From the NCBI GenBank assembly GCA_022614805.1, contig JAKEHY010000024.1:1844-65843 (forward strand): a stretch of DNA of 64,000 nucleotides, written 5' to 3'. Both the position numbers and the translations under genes were made by a program. Below, piece after piece: positions 29,845 through 40,691 of the stretch. The notes under the pieces are model-generated. The model did not search any database and was not told the origin of the DNA. It was given only the letters and a program-made list of their open reading frames with translations. Numbering within the stretch: the stretch's first letter is position 1; every line of letters starts with the position of its first letter. Source of the DNA: Candidatus Zixiibacteriota bacterium. Its GTDB lineage: Bacteria > Zixibacteria > MSB-5A5 > DSPP01.

Positions 29845-32800
29845 GGGTGCTCCTCCCCATCCATACAATTGTGCACTTCCTCATCTCCGGGCCGTTTCCA
29901 GCCCCCCTGTTCGCCGGAGCCCTCCTTGCCCGATTTTTTCTCCGCCAGAATTTTTTGAATCAGAACAGCCCGTTCGCGAGTGATTTCGTCTACCATCTTC
30001 TTGTCCTCTTCCCGGTCGAAATATTTCCGCCCGTCAATCCAGGTCTCTTCGCAAGATGAATAGGTGGAAAGCGGGTCGCCGCTCCAGAGGACAAAGTCGG
30101 CGTCCTTCCCCGGCTCCAGCGAGCCGACCCGATTGTCAATGCGCAACTGCTTGGCCGGGTTCAAGGTCACGAATTTAAGCGCCTCATCCGGCGGGACGCC
30201 GCCGTATTTGACCGCCTTGGCGGCTTCGAGGTTCAGCCGGCGGGCGAGCTCGTCCGAATCGGAGTTGAAGGAAACCACCACCCCGGCGTTGTGCATCAAC
30301 GTTCCGTTGTAGGGGATGGCGTCGTACACCTCGAATTTGTAGGCCCACCAGTCGGAAAAAGCGGAAGCCCCGATTCCCATTTCCGCCATCACGTCCGCCA
30401 CCTTGTACCCTTCCAGAACGTGCTGGAAAGCGCCGATGGTGAAGCCGAAATCGGAGGCAACCCGCATAAGCATCAAAATTTCATCCTGCCGGTAGGAGTG
30501 GGAATGCACGAGCCGTTTGTGCCGCAGAATTTCGGATATGGCTTCCAATTCCAAATCCCGGCGGGGGGGTAGTCTATTTTTATTTTTGGCCCAGTCGGCC
30601 CAGTCCTTCTGGTAATCCAGGCCGGCTTTGAAGGCATCCCGGATGATTTGTTCCACCCCCATCCGGGTTTGCGGGTAGCGAGTGGTGTATCGATCCCCCC
30701 AGTTGGACTGCTTGGGATTTTCGCCGAGGGCAAATTTAATGGACGGGATCGCCCCTTCGAACTTCATTTCCTCCGGGCCGGCCCCCCAGCGGAGCTTGAT
30801 AACCTGGTTTTGTCCGCCTATGGCGTTGGCCGAGCCGTGGAGGGCGTGGAGAACGGTCAAACCGCCGGCCAACTGGCGGTAGATGGAAATGTCGTCCGGG
30901 TCCAAAACGTCGCCGATGCGCACTTCCGCGGTTATGGTTTGTCCCGATTCGTTGACGTTTCCGGTAATGGCAGTATGGGAATGGCAGTCAATCAGGCCGG
31001 GGGTCAGATGCTTGCCCGCGGCGTTTATGACCACGGCGCCAGCCGGCGCGGAAAGATTTTTTCCGACGCGGACGATTTTGCCCCGGCGCACCAGAAGGTC
31101 ACCGGCCGCGACGGTGCCCTGCGGCCCGGAGGTCCAGATGGTGGCGCCCTTGACCAAAAGATTTTCCGGCTGCTCCGGCAGCTTTGTTCTTCCGAATTCG
31201 GCATATGGATAAACCGGCGGAAAGGAGGCCATCTCCGGCTTGGTTTTTTGGGAGGTATCCGGTTCTGGAGTAAAGGGAGCAATCCTTCTGCCCTTCCAAG
31301 TAAACGTTACACCATCCGCCAACTCACCGGTGCCCAAAATTTCATCGGCGGAAACGTTGCCGCCCATTCGAACCACCCCTTTGAAGCCGACCGAGTCGCC
31401 GGTAAACGAGAAAGTCAACCGCTTGCCGGAAAGGGTGACCTTGGAAAGCTTGGCTTCTTTTTTGATTTTGAAATTTCCTTCCGGCCCTTCTGCTTCCCCT
31501 TTCAAATCGAGCAGAACCGAATCCCCCGGTTTGGGGTCGGCGGATAACTTAAGCTCCCATTTGCCGCGCACGTCCACCAAGGGGTCCGGTTTGATTTCGT
31601 AGCGCCGGCCATCCACCCAGGTCTCTTTTATTTTGGTCTTTTCGGCAAACAAATCCCCGTCGGTTACGACCAGATTGGCGATTTTACCGGCGGACAAACT
31701 CCCCAGCTTGTCTTCCACACCGAACAACCGGGCCGGGGTGGCGGTCAAGGCGGCCAGGGCCTCCTCTTTGGACAGCCCCCGTTCGACCGCCTTTCGCACG
31801 TTCTTCAAAAAATTAGCGGGGTCTTTTAACGTTGCCGATGTGAAAGCGAATGGAATTTTCGCCTCCGCCAGCCGCTTGGGAGCCTCCCGCGCTTCGTCCC
31901 AGAGGCGCAGCTCCCGTAAGGTCACCTCCACCGCCTCGTCCGGATTTTCAACCGAGGGGGGGTCGGGGAAGTTGACCGGCAGAATCACCGGCAGGCCGGT
32001 GGCCCGGACGGCATCCAAGCGGAGATGCTCCGAACCGCTGCCGCGAATGATTAAGGGCAACGTAAACTCCAGACCGATTTTGGCGGCCCGCAGGAAATCC
32101 AGTTCATCCCCCGCTTCGATGACGTAGGCGCCGACGGGCTGGTTTAAAGCCTCCAGAGCCTCATTGACTTCCGGCCGTTCCAGTCTCGGATTGCGGCTCC
32201 AAGCCGCCTGCGCCTTTTGGTACCAGTCGGCATCCAAAAGGGTCTGGCGGACCAAGGCGATGGCTCCCATCAACGAATTGGGATAATCATCCCCCATTGA
32301 GTTGGTCTGCAAGGAGATATGCTGGGCTACGGCTGGTTTGACGATTAAATCGTTCGGCTTCCCTTCTCCCAGGTTGATTAAAGACGAGGTTCCCTTGAAA
32401 ATCCCTTTGGCCGGCACGGAAAGAACGGCTGTGATTCCCTGTTCCCGCAGTTTTTCCGCCGCTTCGCCGTCCGGAGAGAACAATTTATCCGCTTTCTGAT
32501 GAGATAGAACGTTGGGGTTCCAGTAGCGGGGCCCGCGTGGCTCTTCTTGAGGCTGCGGTTGCCCCTGCCGTCCCGGCCCTGGGCCGCCGGCGCTTCGCTT
32601 GGGTGGTTTGGGCAACCCCCAGTCGGTGTAGGAATCGATGAGCCCGGGATAAATGGTTTTGCCGGACATATCCAGGACAGTCGCATCAGCGGGAACGGCC
32701 GCATTGGCGCCAACCACCTCAATGATACCTTCGCGGATGACCACCGTCCCTTTTTCAATAGTCCGGCCTGGCGACAAGACTAGCCGGGCATTGGTCAAAG

Positions 32801-32921
32801 CAAAAACCTGCGGGGTGTTTTCCCGCAGCCCTTCCGGCGGGGTGGTTTTTGGTTCCGCCCGGAGGGACGAAAAAACGCATAAAAGAAAAACAAAAAAGCT
32901 CCCCCAAACGCTGCGCACCAT
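29841..32921 (-). CDS. secreted two-domain amidohydrolase-family protein
   Basis: two amidohydrolase domains (PGLIDSY and PGLIDCHSH), FALGEN, HSYRQDE, SFNSD; RBS AAAGGAG before ATG 32921. Confidence 0.9.
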   Translation of the reverse strand: MVRSVWGSFFVFLLCVFSSLRAEPKTTPPEGLRENTPQVFALTNARLVLSPGRTIEKGTVVIREGIIEVVGANAAVPADATVLDMSGKTIYPGLIDSYTDWGLPKPPKRSAGGPGPGRQGQPQPQEEPRGPRYWNPNVLSHQKADKLFSPDGEAAEKLREQGITAVLSVPAKGIFKGTSSLINLGEGKPNDLIVKPAVAQHISLQTNSMGDDYPNSLMGAIALVRQTLLDADWYQKAQAAWSRNPRLERPEVNEALEALNQPVGAYVIEAGDELDFLRAAKIGLEFTLPLIIRGSGSEHLRLDAVRATGLPVILPVNFPDPPSVENPDEAVEVTLRELRLWDEAREAPKRLAEAKIPFAFTSATLKDPANFLKNVRKAVERGLSKEEALAALTATPARLFGVEDKLGSLSAGKIANLVVTDGDLFAEKTKIKETWVDGRRYEIKPDPLVDVRGKWELKLSADPKPGDSVLLDLKGEAEGPEGNFKIKKEAKLSKVTLSGKRLTFSFTGDSVGFKGVVRMGGNVSADEILGTGELADGVTFTWKGRRIAPFTPEPDTSQKTKPEMASFPPVYPYAEFGRTKLPEQPENLLVKGATIWTSGPQGTVAAGDLLVRRGKIVRVGKNLSAPAGAVVINAAGKHLTPGLIDCHSHTAITGNVNESGQTITAEVRIGDVLDPDDISIYRQLAGGLTVLHALHGSANAIGGQNQVIKLRWGAGPEEMKFEGAIPSIKFALGENPKQSNWGDRYTTRYPQTRMGVEQIIRDAFKAGLDYQKDWADWAKNKNRLPPRRDLELEAISEILRHKRLVHSHSYRQDEILMLMRVASDFGFTIGAFQHVLEGYKVADVMAEMGIGASAFSDWWAYKFEVYDAIPYNGTLMHNAGVVVSFNSDSDELARRLNLEAAKAVKYGGVPPDEALKFVTLNPAKQLRIDNRVGSLEPGKDADFVLWSGDPLSTYSSCEETWIDGRKYFDREEDKKMVDEITRERAVLIQKILAEKKSGKEGSGEQGGWKRPGDEEVHNCMDGEEHP

Positions 32922-33374
32922 AACGGCTCCTTTCATATCCTTATGAGACGAAAACTGTCTGCGGCAAGTTACGCATTTTTTCACCGTCTGCGTGACGGAG
33001 ACACGTTTCACAACCAACTGAACTCCAACCCCGTTTTTTCGTACCCGCTTCCACCCCGAAACATCGGAGTGAAAACGGAAATTACGGGTTTCTCTCCTTT
33101 TTATCAACAACAAATTTCCTCAAGATAATTTCCCATAAATAAGGGCTTGGGTCTTGCCGTCAAACGGCGGAAAGGTTTATATTCTTTTTTATGTTGTCAT
33201 TTTATCTTAGAGCAGGGGTCAATATCATATATTTATGGAAGTTATCACAGACCGTTCGCAGCCGAATTGGTCAACATTGATGTTATAATACAAGCCATTT
33301 ATTACCAATAGGATATGCATTTATGAAAAATTTTCTTGCTTTTTATGAAACTTATTTTATATTCAAGCGTATTA

Positions 33375-33395
33375 ACTGACTGACGGTCAGTCAGT
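33375..33395. promoter_or_regulatory. TetR-type operator
   Basis: perfect inverted repeat ACTGACTGAC-G-GTCAGTCAGT downstream of TTGCTT-N16-TATATT and upstream of the TetR gene. Confidence 0.8.
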
Positions 33396-33429
33396 CGTTA
33401 AAGAGGGCCGCCAACCAAGGGAGAACAAA

Positions 33430-34113
33430 ATGGGTACAGCCGAACGAAAAGAAAGAGAAAAGTTACACCGAAAAGAGGAAATTATAGACGCCGCCGAAAA
33501 GGTGTTTTTTGACAAGGGGCTGGCAATGGCTACGATGGATGAAATCGCCGAACGGGCCGAGTTGTCCAAAGGAACGCTTTACCTCTACTATAAAAGCAAG
33601 GAAGATTTGTACATGGCCGTCATCTGCCGCGGCCATCAGATACTTTTGAAAATGTTCCAGCAAGCCGCCGCCACGGGCGAGCCGACCATCAAGCTTTTGC
33701 AAAACATCGGCGAGGCCTACTTTGCCTTCTATAAACGGCACCACGATTATTTTCGGATGTTTTCCTTTTCCGAAAACAGCCAATTGCAGTCCCAGGTTTC
33801 GGAGGAGATGCGAATGACCTGCGCGGAATCGGGGCAGTGCATCGGCGGGGTGGTTCAGGCCGTGATTCAACAGGGCAAGGAGGACGGCACGTACCGGCCG
33901 GAGGTGAGTCCTTTGGAAATGTCCTTCGTGCTCTGGGCCCACTGCCGGGGGGTGATGGAGTTAATCGACCACATTAAGAGCGTCCCGTCGGATGGGATAA
34001 AGCGGGCGTGCAGCGAAGTCGACTTTGACAAACTGTACCGGAAATCGACCGCCATGCTGGTCTATGCCATGCTGACCGAAGAGGCGCGAAAAAATTTCAA
34101 GCTGGAACTGTAA
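33430..34113 (+). CDS. TetR/AcrR family regulator
   Basis: IIDAAEKVF..G...TMDEIAERAELSKGTLYLYYKSKEDL. Confidence 0.95.
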   Translation: MGTAERKEREKLHRKEEIIDAAEKVFFDKGLAMATMDEIAERAELSKGTLYLYYKSKEDLYMAVICRGHQILLKMFQQAAATGEPTIKLLQNIGEAYFAFYKRHHDYFRMFSFSENSQLQSQVSEEMRMTCAESGQCIGGVVQAVIQQGKEDGTYRPEVSPLEMSFVLWAHCRGVMELIDHIKSVPSDGIKRACSEVDFDKLYRKSTAMLVYAMLTEEARKNFKLEL

Positions 34114-34141
34114 AACCGGGGACAATAAATCGTCATATGGG

Positions 34142-35722
34142 ATGGGGCAAAAGGAGCAGGTCTTGGTAAAGGGAAATATTTTATTGCGTAGGGCAGGGGT
34201 TTTAAGCGTGGTTCTTCTATTAAAAATCGGGACCGCTGCGTCCGCGCAGGAGCTTTTGGAAAACGATCCGGACAGCGCTTTGGCTTTAACTCTCTCGCAG
34301 TTTGAGGGAAGCTTTATCACCCTACAAGATGCCAAAAGCGAAGCCATGAAATATGCCACCTCGGTGCAGGAGGCCAAAGCGGCTCTGAAAGCCGCCGCCG
34401 GCGCTCATCGGAAAGAAAAAGGGGCCTTCGACCCGGAACTTTTCGCCGAAGGAGAAAAATCGAAAGTCCGCCAGCCGACCGCCTCTCGCTTCGCCGGCGC
34501 CACCGTTTTGGAAAATGAACAGGTCACCGGCTCGGCGGGCTTGCGTCTGAAATCGCCCATCGGAACTAAACTCGAGGTGTCATTGAATACCGCCAAGATA
34601 GAAACCAATGATACTTTTGCTGTGTTAAACCCGCGACATAACAATTTCGGCAAAGTGGAAATCAGCCAGCCGCTCCTCTCCGGTTTCGGCCCGGGGGCGG
34701 CGGCCGACTTGAGCTCCGCCCGCCGGGAATTGGAAGCGGCCCGCGCCCGCTACGCCGATGCCGTATTGTCCCTTAATGCGGAAGTGGAGCAAACCTACTG
34801 GGATTTGTACGCCGCCGAGCGGGATTTGGCGGTGCAGATTTTGATACGGGACCGGGCCGCCGCTTTTTTGAGGGAAACCGAACTGAAGGCCGCCGTCGGG
34901 CGCGTCGGCCCGAACCAGGTCGCGAACGCCCGGGTCTTTTTGGCCGAGCAGGAGCAGGCGGTTCTGGATAGAGAAGAAAGCTTGGACAAAATTTCCGACG
35001 AGCTGGCAACCCTTTTGGGCCGGCGGGCCGCTTCGATGCGCTACCGCCCCTCCGACCAGCCGCCGTCCGATTTTCCGGTGGAAGACCCGGACAGTTTGGT
35101 GGAAAGAGCAGTGGAAGAGAACCGCAACCTAAAAGTGGCCGAAAAAAACTGGGCCGCCGCCCGCGCGCTGGCCAAGGGGGCGGGTTGGAATGCCCTGCCT
35201 AAACTGGATCTGTATGGTATCTTGGGAGCCCCCGGCCTTTCCGGCAGCGATAGCTTGGGCGGTCCTTTTAACGGTAATGCCGACCGGGCCTGGACGCAGG
35301 TTTTTCAACGGGATTATCCAACTTGGAACGTCGGTTTTCGCTTCTCGCTTCCCATCGGTCTTCGTTCCGGATTGGGTGAACGCCAGCGCTTGAGAGGAGA
35401 AGCGGAGCAGGCTTACCTGCGTTACGTCGCCGCCCGGCGGAGCTTGGAGGAAAATGTGCGCGCCAGCCACCGGGAACTGTTGCACGCCAAAAAACGGCTG
35501 GAGGCGGCCCGAAGCGGCGTGGAGGCCTCCGCCGAGCAAGTGCGGATAGGAATGTTGGAATATCAGGTCGGCCGAACGACTGCTTTTGAACTCGTCCGTC
35601 TCTCCGCCGATTTGGCCACGGCTCAGCAGCGATACAGTCAGGCTTTGGTTCGCGCGGCCAAGGCGGCGGCGGAATTGAAAAAGCTTACAACAAGCGAAAT
35701 TGAAACTCGAAACCAAAATTAA
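34142..35722 (+). CDS. TolC-family outer membrane efflux protein
   Basis: two OEP-like repeats; lies in an efflux operon; exact start uncertain. Confidence 0.88.
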   Translation: MGQKEQVLVKGNILLRRAGVLSVVLLLKIGTAASAQELLENDPDSALALTLSQFEGSFITLQDAKSEAMKYATSVQEAKAALKAAAGAHRKEKGAFDPELFAEGEKSKVRQPTASRFAGATVLENEQVTGSAGLRLKSPIGTKLEVSLNTAKIETNDTFAVLNPRHNNFGKVEISQPLLSGFGPGAAADLSSARRELEAARARYADAVLSLNAEVEQTYWDLYAAERDLAVQILIRDRAAAFLRETELKAAVGRVGPNQVANARVFLAEQEQAVLDREESLDKISDELATLLGRRAASMRYRPSDQPPSDFPVEDPDSLVERAVEENRNLKVAEKNWAAARALAKGAGWNALPKLDLYGILGAPGLSGSDSLGGPFNGNADRAWTQVFQRDYPTWNVGFRFSLPIGLRSGLGERQRLRGEAEQAYLRYVAARRSLEENVRASHRELLHAKKRLEAARSGVEASAEQVRIGMLEYQVGRTTAFELVRLSADLATAQQRYSQALVRAAKAAAELKKLTTSEIETRNQN

Positions 35723-35731
35723 GAGGGCCAA

Positions 35732-36853
35732 ATGAAAACGAACAATCGTTGGGGAGTGGACGTGGGCTGGGTGATCGCTTTGGTTTTGATACTCCTGCTT
35801 GTGGCCGGTTGCGCCAAAAACTCCGGCGGCGGTTTCGCCCCGCCCCCGATGCCGGTGGAAGTCGCCACCGTGACCTCCGGGACGGTGGCCGACAAATTCG
35901 AAGCAGTCGGCACGTTGGAAGCGCTTGAAGCCATCACGGTGGTCTCCCAAATCGATGCTCTGGCTATGCAGGTTCCCTTCGAAGAGGGACGCTACATTGA
36001 AAAGGGGCAGCTAATCGCCCGGCTGGACGACGAGCAGTTGAAGGCCGAGGAAGCCCGGGCCGAGGCCCTGCGCGACCAAAGGAAAATCAGCTACGACCGG
36101 GTGAAATCGATCGTGGAGCAGAAAGCCGGCGCGCCGCAGGATTTGGACGACGCCGCCGCAGCCCTGAAAATGGCGGAGGCGGAGCTGGCTTTAATCCGCG
36201 CCCGGCTGGCCAAGACCAAAATCACCGCCCCCTTTTCCGGGCTGGTGGGGGCACGAAGGGTTTCCCCGGGGGCTTTTGTGCGCACCGGCGAGGCGATTAC
36301 CGAGCTGGCCCAGATTGACGAACTGCGAATTATTTTTTACGCTCCGGAACGCTATCTGGCCGACTTGAAAGCCGGCGCTTCCGTGGTGGTCTCCACCCCC
36401 GCTTTTCCCGGCTATTCCCTCAAGGGGAGAGTGAGCGTGGTGGAGCCGGTGGTCAACCCGGAAACCCGCTCGGTCAAAATTTTGGCCCGGGTGGCCAATC
36501 CGGCCCGGAAGTTCCGCCCCGGAATGTCGGCCAACGTCTCGGCCGTTTTGAGCGAGCGAAAAAACGCTTTGCTCGTGCCGGACGAAGCGATTTTCGCCGA
36601 GGGAAACAAAAATTTGGTTTACGTCATTCAGCCGGACAGCTCGGTGGCCCCTACTCCGGTCATTTTGGGAACCCGGCTGCCGGACGCGGTGGAAGTGTTG
36701 AGCGGGCTTTCGGCCGGAGCTCAAGTCGTTAAAGCCGGACACCAGAAACTTTTTCCGGGGGCTAAGGTTTTCCCCGTGCCTGATTCAGGCGCGCCCCCGC
36801 CGGGCCGTTCAGGCTCTGACGAGCTTTCAGGCTTGAAGAGAGGCAAATCATGA
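35732..36853 (+). CDS. RND efflux periplasmic adaptor (MFP)
   Basis: lipobox VAGC, ITAPFSG, RPGMSA. Confidence 0.93.
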   Translation: MKTNNRWGVDVGWVIALVLILLLVAGCAKNSGGGFAPPPMPVEVATVTSGTVADKFEAVGTLEALEAITVVSQIDALAMQVPFEEGRYIEKGQLIARLDDEQLKAEEARAEALRDQRKISYDRVKSIVEQKAGAPQDLDDAAAALKMAEAELALIRARLAKTKITAPFSGLVGARRVSPGAFVRTGEAITELAQIDELRIIFYAPERYLADLKAGASVVVSTPAFPGYSLKGRVSVVEPVVNPETRSVKILARVANPARKFRPGMSANVSAVLSERKNALLVPDEAIFAEGNKNLVYVIQPDSSVAPTPVILGTRLPDAVEVLSGLSAGAQVVKAGHQKLFPGAKVFPVPDSGAPPPGRSGSDELSGLKRGKS

Positions 36854-39800
36854 GGCTAAGCGAAATATCCATCCAGCGCCCGGTCTTCGCCTCGGTGATG
36901 AGCCTGGTCATTCTTCTTTTCGGGGCCCTTTCCTTCATCCGGATGCCGGTGCGGGAGTACCCGGACATCGACCCACCGGTGGTTTCCATAACCACCTTTT
37001 ACCGGGGCGCGAGTCCCAGCGTGGTGGAGACCGAAATCACCGACATTCTGGAAGAGCAGCTCTCCACCCTCGAAGGGGTGAAACAGCTCAAATCCTCGAG
37101 CGTGGAGCAGGGCTCGGTCATCTCCGTGGAGTTCGAACTCTCCCGGGACGTGGACGAGGCCGCCAACGACGTCCGCGACCGGGTCACCCGCATCCGTGGC
37201 GAGCTGCCGGAGGCGGCAGACGACCCCATCATCGAAAAATTGGACGTCAACGCCCAGCCCTTTTTGTGGCTTGCTCTCGCCAGCGAACGCCACTCCGATT
37301 TGGAAGTTTCGGAAATAGCCGACCGGATTTTGAAGGAGCGGCTGCAACGCCTTCCCGGCGTCGGCTCGGTCTTCATCGGCGGGGAGCGCCGCTATGCCAT
37401 GCGCGTCTGGCTGGATGCCCAGCGTATGGCCGCTTTCGGACTGACCACGCAGGACGTCGAAACCGCCATCCGCCGGGCCAACGCCGAGATTCCGGGCGGC
37501 CGGGTGGAGGGGGTCGGCCGGGAGTTTGCCGTCCGCACCCTCGGCAATCTGACCACCGCGGACGAGTTTTCCAACATCATCGTCAAGCAGGACGGGGACC
37601 GGCGGGTTCACCTGGGGCAGGTGGCGGAGGTAAAACTGGGGGCCGAGGATGAAAGGACCTTCGTGCGTTTCAACCGCCACCCGGCGGTGGGGGTGGGAAT
37701 CGGCAAGCAGACCAAGGCCTCCACCGTGGAGGTTTCCAAGACCGTGGTGGCGGCCCTGCCGGAGCTGGCGAAAACCCTGCCGGACGGAATGACGCTCACC
37801 GTGGCCTACAACGCCGCCGACTTCATCCAGGAATCGATAAACGAGGTGCGCGAGACCTTGCTAATCGCTTTTTTTCTTGTGGTTCTGGTGATTTTGGTCT
37901 TTTTGAAAAGTTTCCGCGCCACCTTGATTCCGACTTTGGCCATCCCGGTTTCTATTTTGGGCAGCTTCGCCGTCGGCTACTTTCTGGGATTTACCTTGAA
38001 CATTCTCACCCTTTTGGCTTTGGTTTTGGCCATAGGCTTGGTGGTGGATGACGCCATCGTGGTTTTGGAAAACGTCTATCGCCATATGCAGTTGGGGAAG
38101 GACAGGCGAAAGGCGGCCTTCGACGCTTCCAAGGAGATCGGCTTCGCGGTTCTGGCCATCACCATCGCTTTGGTGGCGGTCTTCGTGCCGCTTTCCTTTT
38201 TGACCGGCAACGTCGGGCGGCTTTTCCGGGAATTTGGAATCTCGGTCGCGGCCGCCGTTCTAATTTCCGGCTTCACCGCCTTGACTTTGACGCCGATGCT
38301 CACCTCCCGAATCTTGAAGCCGCTCTACGGCGGAGGCGGCAACCGCTTTTCCCGGGCTTTCGACGCCTTCTTCGCCCGGCTGGACGCCACCTACGCCCGG
38401 ATTCTGGAAAAATCCCTGAAGAACCGCTGGAAGGTCATCATCGGCGCAGCGGCTTTGGTTTTGGTCTCTTTGACTTTGTTTAGAATTCTCCCTTCCGAAC
38501 TCGTGCCGGTGGAGGACCGCGGCATCGCCTTCGGGGTGACCATCGCGCCGGAAGGGGCGACCTTGGAGTATTCCGACCGCTATATGCGCCAGGTGGAGGA
38601 TATTTTGATGAAGCTCCCCGAGCGGGAGGGGCTTTTCACCGCGGTCGGGCTGGGCTTTGCCGGGCCGGGGCGCGTCACCAACGGCGTTTTGTTTTTGCGC
38701 TTGAAAGCCCGCGGGGAGCGCGACCGATCCCAGCAGGAAATCGTGCAAAGCCTCTTCCCGCAGTTGATGTCGATTCCGGGCATTCTGGCCTTCGTCATCA
38801 ATCCCCCCAGTTTGGGGGCCGATTTCACTTCCAGCCCGGTGGAGTATGTCTTGCAGGGGGACACTTATGAGGAGCTGCAGCAATCGGTCGGGATTATGAT
38901 GGGGAAAGTGCAGCAGTTGGGATATCTGTACAACGTCGACACCGATTTGCGCCTGAACAAACCGCAGCTGGACATCAAAATCGACCGGGAGCGGGCCGCC
39001 GGGCTGGGAGTCTCGGTGACCGACATCGGCGCGACGTTGGAAACCTTTTTGGGCGGCCGGGTGGTCACCAACTTCAAGCGGGCCGCCAAGCAGTACGACG
39101 TCATCACCCAGCTGAAACCCTCCGACCGGGCCACGCCCCAAACGGTGGAAGACCTCTACATCCGCTCCAGCGGCGGGTTGGTGCAGTTGGCCAACGTGGT
39201 GCAAATCAAGGAAACCGTGGCTCCCAAGGAGTTGAACCATTTCAACCGAGTCCGCTCCGCCACCATCACCGCCAGCCTGCTCCCCGGCGTCAGCTTGGGA
39301 AAGGCCTTGGATGATTTTGACCAAATCCGGGAAAACGACCTGCCGGCCGGCATCAAGCGGGAGCTTTCCGGCCAGTCGCGGGAATTCCGGGAATCGAGCA
39401 CGGCTTTGTACTTCGTCTTTTTTATGGCGGTGGTTTTCATCTACCTTGTTTTGGCGGCCCAGTTCGAAAGCTTCATTCATCCTTTGACTATTTTGCTCTC
39501 CGTGCCGCTCGCCCTGGTCGGGGCTTTGATCTCCCTTTTCGTTTTCCGGCAGAGCTTGAACATCTATTCCCAGATTGGGCTCGTGATGTTAATCGGGCTG
39601 GTGACTAAAAACTCCATTCTTATTGTGGAGTTCGCCAATCAGCTTCGGGAGCGCGGGGTGGCGCTCTTTGACGCCGTGGCGCAAGCCTCCCGCACCCGGC
39701 TCCGGCCGATTTTGATGACCTCCTTGACCGTGGTCTTCGGCGTTTTGCCGATAGCCATCGGCTTGGGGGCCGGCGGCGAGGCCCGCCGTCCGCTTGGGAT

Positions 39801-40023
39801 TTCGGTCGTCGGCGGAATGCTCTTTTCGACCTTCCTGACTCTGGTTCTGGTGCCGGTGGTTTACACGCTGATGGCCCGCTTTACCAAACAGGAGGAGACG
39901 GCGCACGAAGCAGCGGGAGCCGCTCCCAACGGAGCCGAGGGAGGCGACGGCAAAGAACCGGCTCGGGAAGAAATTCCTTTGGGCGTCCCCGCCACCGCAC
40001 GCGGGGCTTTGCCGAGCGAATAA
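36850..40023 (+). CDS. RND efflux permease (AcrB/MexW-like)
   Basis: IGLVVDDAIVVLEN, GLVTKNSILIVEF, RLRPILMTS. Confidence 0.96.
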   Translation: MRLSEISIQRPVFASVMSLVILLFGALSFIRMPVREYPDIDPPVVSITTFYRGASPSVVETEITDILEEQLSTLEGVKQLKSSSVEQGSVISVEFELSRDVDEAANDVRDRVTRIRGELPEAADDPIIEKLDVNAQPFLWLALASERHSDLEVSEIADRILKERLQRLPGVGSVFIGGERRYAMRVWLDAQRMAAFGLTTQDVETAIRRANAEIPGGRVEGVGREFAVRTLGNLTTADEFSNIIVKQDGDRRVHLGQVAEVKLGAEDERTFVRFNRHPAVGVGIGKQTKASTVEVSKTVVAALPELAKTLPDGMTLTVAYNAADFIQESINEVRETLLIAFFLVVLVILVFLKSFRATLIPTLAIPVSILGSFAVGYFLGFTLNILTLLALVLAIGLVVDDAIVVLENVYRHMQLGKDRRKAAFDASKEIGFAVLAITIALVAVFVPLSFLTGNVGRLFREFGISVAAAVLISGFTALTLTPMLTSRILKPLYGGGGNRFSRAFDAFFARLDATYARILEKSLKNRWKVIIGAAALVLVSLTLFRILPSELVPVEDRGIAFGVTIAPEGATLEYSDRYMRQVEDILMKLPEREGLFTAVGLGFAGPGRVTNGVLFLRLKARGERDRSQQEIVQSLFPQLMSIPGILAFVINPPSLGADFTSSPVEYVLQGDTYEELQQSVGIMMGKVQQLGYLYNVDTDLRLNKPQLDIKIDRERAAGLGVSVTDIGATLETFLGGRVVTNFKRAAKQYDVITQLKPSDRATPQTVEDLYIRSSGGLVQLANVVQIKETVAPKELNHFNRVRSATITASLLPGVSLGKALDDFDQIRENDLPAGIKRELSGQSREFRESSTALYFVFFMAVVFIYLVLAAQFESFIHPLTILLSVPLALVGALISLFVFRQSLNIYSQIGLVMLIGLVTKNSILIVEFANQLRERGVALFDAVAQASRTRLRPILMTSLTVVFGVLPIAIGLGAGGEARRPLGISVVGGMLFSTFLTLVLVPVVYTLMARFTKQEETAHEAAGAAPNGAEGGDGKEPAREEIPLGVPATARGALPSE

Positions 40024-40038
40024 TCTTTCTTTCACCCC

Positions 40039-40084
40039 GAGGGCGAACCTATTTTGAGCCTCCCGAGTTCGCCCTCTTTTTTTT
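40039..40084 (+). terminator. intrinsic terminator
   Basis: GAGGGCGAAC..GTTCGCCCTC followed by a T run. Confidence 0.7.
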
Positions 40085-40216
40085 ATTTGGGGTGAAACCT
40101 ACCCCACAGCCTCCGGACGAAAATTTACCGGTTGATAAAGGGTTGAAAAAATCGTTAATTTAAGTTTTATTCACTCGTTGCCGGTGAGTGACGAACCGGA
40201 TAGGGATTGGCAGCAC

Positions 40217-40293
40217 GGGGTCGTAGTTCAGTTGGTTAGAACGCCTGCCTGTCACGCAGGAGGTCGCGAGTTCGAGTCTCGTCGGCCCCGCCA
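40217..40293 (+). tRNA. tRNA-Asp(GTC)
   Basis: acceptor stem GGGGTCG/CGGCCCC, anticodon arm CCTGC-ctGTCac-GCAGG, GTTCGA T-loop, encoded CCA. Confidence 0.97.
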
Positions 40294-40341
40294 TTTTTGA
40301 GCGAGAATAAAATCTTTTCCCCGAGCTGGGCGAAAATTAAA

Positions 40342-40632
40342 CTACAAACTGGAAGGTGTGGCCTTTTCAGTCGGCGGCATTGAAGCCGGCGCTTCCGGCT
40401 CTTTCTTTTTGTCCTTGATGATGATGGCTATCGGGATGATGACGCAGTAGCCCAGAACCAGCAAAATCGGCGCAAAGACGGTATCGCCGGTGCCGAGGAA
40501 GATAAAGCCGGCAATGATGGCCAGAAGCCCCACGGCGAACAGGATGTAGTTCCGTTTCCCGAAAATCGGGCCGGTTTCGGCCTTTATTTTCGGGGCCGGT
40601 TTGCCTTTAACGACTGGTTTGGGCTGCGCCAT
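40342..40632 (-). CDS. small membrane protein (DUF3098-like)
   Basis: FGKRNYILF.VG..APILLVLGY; two TM segments. Confidence 0.8.
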   Translation of the reverse strand: MAQPKPVVKGKPAPKIKAETGPIFGKRNYILFAVGLLAIIAGFIFLGTGDTVFAPILLVLGYCVIIPIAIIIKDKKKEPEAPASMPPTEKATPSSL

Positions 40633-40691
40633 TTCTATCCTCCGTGAAGATTACCTTTTATCGTTCCAAAATCAAGCCGAAAACGATTGCA

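Noticed and set aside
40217-40340. integrated element at tRNA-Asp
   Set aside because: No integrase, and no duplicated tRNA 3' end noticed in the window.
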